A stretch of 64,000 bases of DNA from Zootoca vivipara (taxonomy: Eukaryota): NCBI RefSeq assembly GCF_963506605.1, contig NC_083278.1:48856001-48920000 (forward strand), read 5' to 3'. Shown piece by piece: positions 39,701-51,700 of the stretch. A program made the translations under genes and the position numbers. The stretch's first letter is position 1; every line of letters begins with the position of its first letter. The notes below the pieces were generated by a model that did not search any database, was not told the DNA's origin, and saw only the letters and a list, made by a program, of their open reading frames with translations.

Positions 39701-42700
39701 GACAAATTCTTTACCAACTTCATCTTTTCTCGCCTCTTCTTATCTCTGACCCTCTCCTTTTCTTTGAAGCTTTCACATTTGTTTTTATCTTGTTTTAGTT
39801 TTTCACGCAGCTTTCTCATACGTTCTGCAGATGTAGTCTTTCCCATTTTGTGTATTGATTCAAAGGTTATATTATCTGTATTACTGTATGTATTCGCATT
39901 AGGGTAAAGTAATGGTAACTGCCTTTATGTTCCAGAGGGAACAGCTACTATTGGTTCATTCAAGCAGCTGCATTTGGCTCCTTAGTCTTATTGGTTTCCA
40001 CCAAAAGGCAGCTTTGTGATTGCTTGAGATTGTTCCCTCCAAAATGTATCCCTTTCTAGCTAGTTCCCCTCTCCTCAGTCCCTCAGTCTTGTTTGCCAGA
40101 ATAAAGAATTGTTACATGAGGAATCTGTCTCCTGTCTGCAGAGAGCTGAAATCACTTGCTGAAATCACTAACTCAAGCTACAACATTGAAAACTGTCACG
40201 GGTGGGACAGAAAAAGAATTATTAAAATTTCATGGTGTTTACATTAATTAACTGCATTTTTATTATTGATAGGTGTGTTATACTCTAATACATACTCCCA
40301 CAATAAAACAAACATAACCTATAAATTAGTTTTATCACAAAATAAACTTTTGTACCTTTTGCTGTCACGGGTGGGACACTGAAACAGCATCCCATTCAAT
40401 AATAAAAATAAAATAGAAATAACTTACCTATTTAAAATTTTTCAAGTCCAATGTGTAGACAAAGTTCTTCACTTTAATAATATACTAACAATGACAACCA
40501 CAATTTTTGTTTATCTTTAAAAAATAATGCCAACCTAAATGAACAAAATTAAGCTACACAATCAGAAAAGTGATACTGAAACTTCAAGCTCAAATTTCTC
40601 ATGAAAAAAATAATTTCAAATTCTTTTTTCCTTTGGAATATTGAACTTTAATATGTTTAGTTAATGAAACTATAAGTAAAATAAGTATATTTTAAAAATA
40701 ATTTTTTTCTTATCAGGCTCATTTTTCACGGAATGGCCCCCCTTCTGCCAACTTCCGAGGGCATGGCTGTCTTGGGAGTGGCTGATCAAAAGCCACCTGT
40801 CAATCAGAGCACACCTGGGTCAAGAGATGATTGTAACCAACAGACCTTTGTTGTCTGCCCTCCATCTGACTTTCAGTGCTGCTACATCATGTGTGAGGAG
40901 ACCAGAAGCAGCTACACAGGATAGATACAACTGAACTAAAATTGTTTTCTTAATTTTCTTAAAAGCACCATTCTGCCTCTTCCCTTTGTAATCCTAACTT
41001 TTATTCTTAATAAACTTATTAATATTGACTGTTCAGTTTGTGTATGCATTTCTGCCAGGCTCAATTATTCCTTACTCCAGTGCCTAGACCATTTGGCTTC
41101 ATGTTCCACATGCATTTATAAGTGGGATTTGACAGAGAAAAACAAGCTACCTTGGGCTCTGGTGAGAGACCAGGAAGCTGGGTGCTTTCTCTCTGTTTCC
41201 CCTCATATAAATATTTACCTTGGTCCCTCAGGTTTCATATTCCCCACCCCCAGATTGGATGGCATGTAAGGAAAGTGTGGTAGGCTAGGCATCTATTTAA
41301 GAGTCCCTAGCATGGCTAGCCTATCCAGACTACTGGCAGTCATGGCAGGAAGAGAGAGTAAAAGTCTTCCCTGGCATTATAAATGTATTCTGGCTTCAAT
41401 CTTCTATGTCTGATGCTTTCCCCACAATGATTTTAGCAGAATTTGGCAATGACAAATGAAGGAAGTGGAAAGACTTCAAAAGCACTGTTGGAGCTGCCTG
41501 ATTCAGTGGCTTCAAGTTCCTCGCAGAAATCTTACCTGATACTGTGGAAGCAACTGGAAATTTTAAAAGCAGAATGGGGAAGACTTAAATTAAAAGTTGA
41601 TGATATCAACACAGTTCCTCTGTACAAGCAATTTACTGAACAATACAGGTAAGTTCCATTTCCATGTTACAGATTTTGGAGTGAAGGTTAATCATCAACA
41701 GTGCAGATAACAAAGTAAAGAAAAAAACACCACTCGGTGCTTTTTCGTTTTCTTGGGCTTTTCTTGCTCTTTTATTATAAATTTGATTTCATTTTCAACA
41801 GTTAAAACTAGATTACTAGGAAACACGGCATTTCAAAATCTTGTCTATAAAAAAGCGGGGTGGGGTGGAAAGGAAAATAAAATGGAAAAGGGCTTTCTTT
41901 TCCTTGGCTTTCTCCACTGCAACCAGAAACCAACCGCAGTGTTTAATAAGGCACAAGGACGCAGGAACTTACCCCACCCACCCTGCCCATGGTACATTAT
42001 GATGACTAAGTTACTGTATAATGTGATTAAATAAGGAAAGCATTTTACTTGTATTCCAGTCATCCTCACAGCAGCCTTATTATGAGTGGTGAGAGAGTGA
42101 CTTGCTTGCTTGCAATCAGCCAGTTTGAGATGTGATCTATGAGGCTTGTGGTCTCATAGACAATGTAGGTTTCCTGATGGTTGGTGAGGGACAAAGGACC
42201 ATTTTATCAACCCAGTTAGACCCCATCTCACACTTGCCAGGTAAATCTGTTAACTCCTTTAGGGAACTTGCAAGGAGATAGCTGACACAGGTTCAGGGAA
42301 GTGGCTTTCTTGACAATGGATCACTAGGATTTATTGCTTTTCCTGCCAAGCAGGATTCAATTAGGTGCTTTTTGGGTGTTTAGGAAAAGGAACATGCCTT
42401 ATTCTGTAGGTATAATGGAGTCAGAAGTTCAGATTTTGCCACATTCCCAACATGGAATTCGCCTTCTTCACAGTTGCCACACATTGGGTCAACATATGAC
42501 CCCCAGATTTCATTGTTTATCATTCACCAACCTTTCAGACCTTTGATGTGAAACTAATAAACTTTTTTGCCCCAATTTCCATCACTTTACACTTGCACTG
42601 CCCATTTACCCAGTTTGGAGAGATTCTTCACAATCCCTTTCTGTTCTAACACCCTTGAAAAAAATTGGTATTATCGTCAAACCTGGCTGCCTTAATCACA

Positions 42701-45700
42701 ATGTGTTTAAAACCTTTATGAACAAGTTTAAAAGCACATAGAAAATTGTAATATTGAGGGCATGCTAGAAACCAATGCATAATAAATGGAAAACATTAAA
42801 CAAGAGAAATTAAGCATGTACAATGTCTGTATCTCTGCATTTTTCTAGCACTGAAGTTCTGTATCCTGCTATGAGAAGCATAGCTATACATATGGGTAAA
42901 GAAGATGAATTTGAAGGATTTGGATTGACATCTCACTGTATTCTGCCCCCTAAAGACGCTTCAGAAACTGAGATAAAAACACACCAGGTAAAACATAGCT
43001 AACGGGCAAGCAGAATACAAAAAAAAGGATAATTTTATACTTTTTAAAATTGTGGTAAAATATAGCTTCTGTAGTACATTAGAATCCCATACATTAGAAT
43101 CCTTCCCAGCAGCTTAAGATATGTTGTGAGTTGTCTGTCCATGTTTTACTTGTTGCAAACAAATCCTTAACGTGACTATGCTCCCTACATTATGGCTGAC
43201 TAAGCCACCACCACCCTCCACACACACACATCCGCCCTGATCTTACACACGCAGGTAGTCTGAATAGTGCCCGCAGGCAAAAGAAGCTACCTTAATAGTT
43301 TTCTGCAAGCAAAAGTTTTGTATCTGACTCTGAAGCTATTTGGCAGTTTGCAGAGGCATATACGATAGTGGCTTGTGCTCCTGGCAAATGGTTCAGTTAA
43401 CCTTAGACAATATGGCCTACTAAACCAAATGCTGCTCAGCAGGTATTTGTTGGAAACATGTTTATACCAAATAAAACTATTGCTCCAGCCATTGTTTACA
43501 CAGTATTGTTTACACAGCCTGGCAGTGACTCTGCCTCTGAGCTGAAATGTTTGGTGACTTGCTTGGGGCTTAATAAATGTCCCGTTTTTCCTGTCCCCAC
43601 CAAGCAGCAAAAAACAGGAAGTTTATAAAGTCCTTCATCAGGTCAAAAGGCCTGAGTCAATCTTTTGACAGGTCAGTCCTCAGCTCACAGTACCTTTGGC
43701 ATTGCTCCTGATGCTCTCTGACAATAACTATCAAAGTATCGTTTGTATAAAAATGTACTTTTGCTAGGTTTATGATTTTTTCAAGCTGTCAGGCTGTCAC
43801 TTGATTAAAGAAACCTTAGGCAATTAATCAAATTAATTTTCATAGTTTAATCAATTAAATCCACATAAATAAGTCATTGATTTGAAGAAAAAGCATACTG
43901 TTTTAATATAGTGCATGCAAATGTTATACCACTGTAGATGTGCGCTTTCCTATTACTTGAGAGTGCAGGGAGACTGCCTCTTCCAAGACAGACCTGCAGT
44001 CTCATAAGTACTATCATTTTAAAAACAATACAATTTAAAATATGTGTTGTCTATTTAATTTAGATCCCATTTAGTCTATTTTAAAATATATTAAAGTGAT
44101 TGATCTAACCTATTGATCAGTTAAAGGTTGTAGTCCTTAAAAAAAGAAGCTTCTTCTTCTTTTAGAGTTTGGCCTTTTGCTTTGTCATTTTAGGAAGTCT
44201 AGAGTGACCATGTACTTTCTGAAGAAACATGGCTTCTAAATGGTTAAATGAAGATATAGTTAAAAGCAAGCTAGTTTTCTCTGCTTTTTTTATCCTAGCT
44301 GCAAAAACTCTTGGAAAGTCTAGAAATCCATATGATCCGTGATGTACAAAAGAAAGTTAACAAAGAAATAACGCTGGTTATATCTGAAAAAACAAGAGAA
44401 GAGAGAAATCTCTCTACAGGTAACAACTAAACCCATCTTGCATCTAGCTCAGGCATCCCCAAACGGCGGCCCTCCAGATGTTTTGTCCTACAACTCCCAT
44501 GATCCCTAGCTAACAGAACCAGTGGTCGGGGAAGATGGGAATTGTAGTCCAAAACATCTGGAGGGCCGAAGTTTGGGGGTGCCTGATCTAGCTTCTACTG
44601 TTCTGTTTTGACAGAAGGGGGGGTGAGAAACAACACCCAGTGGTTGCTTGTGTACATACCACAGTCACTATGCCAGCACCATCCTGAATTTCTCCATATA
44701 TCATCTTTCTTTGGTGGTTAGCCATGACCCACATAAGACTTTCTTCAAAGCGCTGCAACTGAGGAGTCATGGAGAAAGTTGCCACACTAAAACTGGCCAC
44801 TTGGAGATGCTTTTTTCAAACAGTAAGTGTAAAGAGCCGGCTCTGCATATATTTAGCACCCCACATTTGTGTTGCGTTAAGCCAGAGGTAACCAACACTG
44901 TGTCCTCCAGACATTGTTTCATGTCCTTCTCATTCCACTTTTACCAGTATGTGGGATACATGCTGTGTACAGTTGTTGTACATCACTCTTGCTGCACCTG
45001 CAGGTTTTCTTTTTTCTTACAGAACAGTGGGACTTGTGCTCCATCAAAGAGCATGACGTACGTCTATAATAATGACCTTCTGTGCTCCTGCACATTTGGG
45101 TTTTTTATATTAATTTTTTTTTAGCAGAGTAAGATTTGCGCTCCATCAAAAAGCCTGTCACATCGCAAGATAACCACTGTTAGTCATACTCAAGGTAGAC
45201 TGAGGCTTCCATGTTTTATTACTCTGAAGACTGAAGAAAAAGACACCCACACCCACACCCACAACTTGTTCTTTCAGAGCTCTGGAAACATCATGGCATG
45301 CAAGAAATCTTCTCTGTCACAAGGCCAGAAATTGTTGAATCATTTGTACAGAAGCTAATGGAAAATCACCAAGAAACTGATGCAGAGGTACATAAATTGT
45401 TTTTCTTTCCCAGTGATTGAAATCTTGTGGGGCAAAATAACTGCATAACTTACCGGTAGGTTTTTCTTGCCGAAATATGTGCAGTGCTACAGGCATTTTC
45501 TGCTAGAGATAAGTAGTGTCAGTCATATCTAAGTCATACTGAGAGGAGACCCATTGAAATCAGTGGACTTAAGTTAGGTGTCACTATGATTTAGTCAGAT
45601 GCCATCCAATGAGTCTGTTTAGGCATGTTCTCTAATTTTCATATTCCAAATTATTTTGCTGGACCCAGGGCACACGCTGTCCTGGAAATGCTGCTTTTAC

Positions 45701-48700
45701 ATCCTCCATGGGCACAAGCTGTTAGGGTTAGGGGAAAAGTTCTCTTGCATTTTTTTTAATTTAAATATTTCACCATCTAGCCTAAGAAGATACATTTTAG
45801 AGCTGGGTCCTGCCTGGCAGAAATTAGTAACCTGGCTACTGAATAAAAGAAATTATCCATCTAGCCTAGGAATGGTCAAAATGGCATCCTCCAGTTGCTG
45901 TTCGAATGCAGTTCCCATCAGGCCCTGTCAGCATGGCCACTAGCTAATGGTTAGGCATGATGGGAGTTATGGTCCGGCAACATCTGGGGGCATTGCATTG
46001 GCTACCGCTGATCTAGTTGATCCTGATTGGTGGAAGGTACTAAAGATCATTTTGGAGATTTAGGCTATCCCATGCATCATACCAGAAATCTTCAAGCAGA
46101 AATTCTGGTGACAGGACCTTGGATGTATGTACTCTGGCACCAGTGAACAATGGAGGAAGCTCTGGAAGTGAATAGATTTATCGTTGTAACCATCAGAAAA
46201 ACCTGACATTTTCATTTTTTGTTTCCCCCCTCAGATAACCTTTCCGAAAGACCACTTACAAAAATGCTTCACTGCTCTGGGTTGTGATGTCATGGCCAGA
46301 GAACGCAGCAACTTTGAGAGCTACTCCATGTTTTATGAAAATATACTCCGTCAGCAACATCAGCTCCTCTATCAAAAAGAACAAGTATTCTCATACTGTT
46401 GATTGTGGTGGGAGAGGGGTCATGTGCTGCATTGATTGCTCGGCCAAACAAGTAAAAAAAGAATTAGTTGATGGGGACTTTTGATGAAGAAACCAAATGA
46501 AAAATGCTTTTTCATTCTCTTTCAGGAAATGCATGTTGTAGAAGACAAGCGAGGAAATGCTGAGTTGGGTCTTAGTCAGGTTAGTGGCAGTAGTTTTATT
46601 GTTTTTATTCAGGTAACCTCAGGAATATCTCTCAGGGCCTGGCATCTTAATCCCCCCGCTATTCATTTTTGAGAAAAGGAGTTATAGCACAGCATTTTTC
46701 TTACCTTTTGCTAGGTAGCGGAGCTGAGTCATGAGATGATTATGGAAATGATGGCTCTGAGAGCTAGAATTGCTGATCTCCAAGGAGAAGCCCATGGCCT
46801 CAGAGATAAGATCAAAAAAGAAGTGCAAGAAGATTATGAAGCACTGGTGCAAAACATATTTATGATCTGTCTGCAACTAAAAGTAGGTACAAAAGTAAGA
46901 CTTAATTGGATACAGCCCATGACTAGGATTATACTGGAGATTACAAAGGCCATTTCCTTTGGATTCCTGTCCATAGATTTATATTCTAAGAAAGTTGTGT
47001 TTGTTATAGTGGAATGGTTTCTTGCTTTGATTTGTAAGTCTATGGATATACAAAGCCAGAACTTCAGGCTATAGCCAGCCTCCTTTGCCTGCTGGTTGTG
47101 TGAGTGTGATACCTAGAGGCAGTAGCCTCGTGACCTTTTCAGTATTTCTTTGGTGCAGGTTTCTTTTGTGGAGTAACCTGTTAGTTATTGCAACATATCT
47201 GGATATTTTTTCTTGAACGGAGCACTTCCATTGCAGAAGAATCACCTTATTTCAGAAATAATTCATTTTGTTACTGGAAAAAATAATTATTATAATTATA
47301 TTTTAAGGAAATCTTATGGAATTGCTTGCCTTCCTTTAAATTCATGTACATTCAATGGCATATGCACTTTATGGCTTCTGGTTGTGGTTGCAGGGAAGAG
47401 TGGATGAGTATCGTCTAAGCATGAGCCAGCGCATGTTTGATATCATCAGTGAGGTGAGAAGAGAAGGAGTGGACAAAATGATTGACTTGAAGAAAAAGTA
47501 CGGCTCCACAAAAGATAACAAGACACTCAAAGAACATTTGGCTCAGGTAAGTTGATGTATGAGAAATGTGGTTTTTAAGAATGTTTTCTAGAAAAGGAGT
47601 TCATAGGCCCAATTAAAATGCCCAGTGCCAAAAGAACTTGGAAGAGCATGTTCTTGCTGTTGTGGAGACCCTCCTCCCATAGGAACTATTTGGGGCACAA
47701 AGGCCCCAGGGTCAGGCCTCATCAAGTGATCTTTCTGAGCTGAGACAAGGGCTGGCACCTGCAAGGAACAGAGTGAACACAGTAGATGTACCTCATGGGT
47801 GGAATGTTGTTCACCTACAGATATGCCCTGCAGGCAAGCCTCCCACTTTAATTGCTAATGAAACAACTCCTGTGTTGCAGACTTGAGTCAAAATACCAAA
47901 GAAAGAGGCAACACGTTGACCAATTCCACGGGCGAAATATATCTGTTTTTATCTTTTTAAACTATAACAACATGCGAGACAGTGATCCAAGGTAATCATA
48001 CTGTTTCGGTTTGGTCTTCTTCAGTTTTTTAACTTAGTGTTTGTATACAATCTGTGGAACAGGGGTCATACACATATGTAACCCCTGCTCATGTGTATGA
48101 CCCCTGTTCCGCAGATTGTATACAAACACTAAGTTAAAAAACTGAAGAAGACCAAACCGAAACAGTATGATTACCTTGGATCACTGTCTCGCATGTTGTT
48201 ATAGTTTACAAAGATAAAAACAGATATATTTCGCCCGTGGAATTGGTCAACGTGTTGCCTCTTTCTTTGGTATTTTGGCCCACTTTAATTGAACTGGAGG
48301 TCTTTCTTTCTTTCTTTTTTTCCATAGACCTTTAAACATAGGGCTCATTATAAGAGACAGCTTTAATGGATTTTCTTGTGTTACAGTTTGTTTATTAAAT
48401 TTTAACCTGCCCTTCCTCCCAGAGGAACTGAGGGTAGTTAGCTGCAGTAATGTAGCAGCGAAAGGAGTGAGCTATCAGACAGGAAGTCCCCGGTTTGCAT
48501 CTTGCCTCTGTCATGACTTCAGGCCAGCTACTCTCTCTCTCTCTCACCCTTACTTCCTCTCCACCTGCAGTACAGGGAACAGTAACACTGACTCATTTAG
48601 CATTTGCATAATGAGTTCAAGTGTTCATAGCACTTCACATGTATTATATGCCTATTATCCTTGTAGCAACTCTGTTAAGTATTATTATAATGTTTATTTT

Positions 48701-51700
48701 AATTAGCCTCGCTCGGCAAATCCAAAGTTGGGTGGAATGTAATGAAGCAGAGAAATAAATATGATTTGGCTTAAAACCAACAATATAAAAGTTGCTTCTT
48801 TCCTTGAAAGTTCTGAAGCTGAAATGCACCTGTGCTTAAAATGGGCATTCTTATGTTTTTGAAGTGTTCTGTTTTATGATTTTAAAATTAAATGTACAGT
48901 AATCCCATTCCAGTTAGGGTAGGTTGTAAATTCACATGTTGGTTCTTGCTCATCAAATCATTTCTATGGACTATTAAGAGTTTTGCTTGTATGAGACCAC
49001 ACAGAGTAGCCAAGATGCTAACTGTTCAGATTATTGACTTTATAAAAAAGCAGATGTTCTGGAAGATAAATATAGTACAAATGGAGGAGAAAGCTTATAT
49101 ATCAGATTTAACCCAGAACTGGAGAAATAAAACCCATTGTAGATACTTTGTGTGTGACATTGTGGGCACAGCTGTAATGCAAAAATAAAAATTTCAAAGC
49201 TTAGCTTCATGTGATAATAAGCCAAAGCCACTGGTTTGCATAACAGTCACAGAGTGAATACTTTGATTTCAGATATGGGTGTGTTATCATGGATGCGCAC
49301 TTTAGTGACTTGAGTTTCTGCTGTGTGTTCACTTCTCTTTTTTCACAAGTACAGACTCTGATAAATATTCTTAAAATTGCATAGTCAAGCAGCTGCTGGA
49401 GAGATGGTGAGTTTGTCAGAATCTTACCTTGACTAGAACTATCTGCCTTCTTAGCAGGGGCACCTGCAAACATTACAGGATGAAAACAACCAGTTGGGAG
49501 TTCTGCTATGCAAACTGAAGGCTATGAGCTGCTGGAAAGAAACAGTGCAAAAAGCACACTCATCTACCACATTGAGAGAAATAGAGAAGGTGAGAGCCCC
49601 TACCCCCCCAAAAAAAAAATCCTGTTGAAATAAAGTCATTCTACCTAATTGAAATAAAGACCCATTGGCTTCAGCCATGTATACTTAGTTAGGTTCAGTA
49701 ATACCAGTGAGTGACAGCATGAAGAGCGAGATACATCCTTTTCCTTAGAACTGTCTATTTAATTATTAACCAGGGAAAAAACCAATTTTTGTTTCTCTCC
49801 ATTTCTTGTCTCTCCCCCCCACCCCATCTTTTAAGTTCAGTTTTCCACATTTCAGATCCGTTTGCAACTTGCTTTAAAAAAAAATATATTCATGAAAATT
49901 CACATTCTTATGTGAATTTCTCCTAACATGCACACTTCTGCAAATCATTATTTCTAATGGAACACATTTTTGTACTTTGTTTTCACGAATGCATTTCAAG
50001 TACACCCAATATACCCATTTTTGAATACATTTGTTTGGTTGGAGAATTCAGAAAAATGCAAATTTGAAACAATGACTATGTTTGGGTTCCACATACGTTT
50101 GTCAGTTATGGTGAACAAGAACTCAGAAAATCCGCCTGCTTTTCTCTGCCAGTTTGACTGTAATAGAACAGTTACGAGATTAGTAGCTCTGGCTTTCATT
50201 CTTCTCCTTTGATGCGTGATGTGCTCACATGATTGTCTCACTTCACAGATCCTGATTTATCATAGCACTGCAAAAGTTTCCAAAAATAACCATGCCATCT
50301 GGTGTTGGGCCTGATTGTAGCCACATAATGCAAAATCAGAAGCTTGACAAGTGCTGTAGTTGTAAGATGCCACTTCAATGCATGTCTGTGAAATACCTCT
50401 TGCCACCTACAAATGAATGTTTGCACCAGCCCTTCCCCACAAAGAATGTGGTGGGGATTACTTAAGCTAACCTGTATATGGTTATTTTACAATACCCATC
50501 AGAAAGATTGTGACTGCTCAAACAAATTCTATTGTACTATATAGCAAAAACATCATGAAATTAAAAGAAGCAGGGTTTCTTTTTCTACATGTCAAAGGGC
50601 ACAAGCTCAAATACTTAAATATTTTGCATAACACTTATTCCTAAGTAACCCAGTGTAGGGTTTTTGTTTGTTTGTTTGTTTGTTTTGGGGGTAGGGTTTT
50701 GTGGCTTGATTCTCTGCTTCACATCCTACTGAACCCTTTGCATTCACAGGAGGCCATTCAAAACAAAAAAGAGTATCTGAAATCCAAGCTGATGGCAGAA
50801 CAAGAAGCAATTTTATTTCAGCAGCAGCTGCGGGCTGCAAGGAAAGCTTGGGCAGATTCTCAGACTGAGAATAAAAGGCTGAAGCAACAGCTAGACAAAC
50901 AGGTATGTAACCAAACTCTGCTGCAATACTTTCTATACAGCAAATCAAATTATTTCCTCACTCGTATTGACTTCAGTGCTGAAGCTATGAGAGGGGCAAT
51001 GGGAGATAGTCTTGGGGTGTAATGTTTTGCACCCCCTCCATGGAAGACTTTAGGTGTATATAGGTGTAAAATAAACCATATATCTTAAAATGCTACTGCC
51101 TTCACTGTGTCTGACCCCCGATGGAAACATGAGCCTGGGTGAGTGCCTGGAACCCCTGGAATCTTGCTACTGCTTGGCAGAGTGTGGGGGTGGCACTGAG
51201 CCTTTGTAATATTACTCATGCAGGAGGTGAAATGTGCACTATGGGATGGGTCTGCCCACACTACAATTTAAGATTCCAGAGATGGATGTAATTTATAAAT
51301 TAAAACCCGATAAGTGAATAGCAGTGGCTTAGAGAGGATTTGCATAGCTCCTTGTGAAGTTGGGGGACCATCTTACATAGTGAGAATCAGAATACTTGCC
51401 AAATGTGTTGTTGTTGCCAGCAGAGATAGGATGAATATATTACATTTTGCCTTCTCGGCAAAACTGTTCAAGATCATTATTCAATTGAAAGTGAAAATAC
51501 AAGGATATGAAATGTGAAGATGCAAAATGTCTCTGCATACTTCCACCCCTCAATACAGTTAACACAAGTTTTATAGTAATTAATATCTAACAGTGAAGGA
51601 GAGAGGGTTTTTTTGATGGTGAAACCCTCACTTTGACCCTTCCAAAAGAAGTCAGATTGGTGCAAGTGTTAATGTGTCTGTATTTGCCCAGGCATTTAAA

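Noticed and set aside
37040-40739. Bacterial IS or contamination explanation for the transposase
   Set aside because: It sits within a continuous vertebrate intron with exons in phase on both sides and has eukaryotic Sola-type termini.
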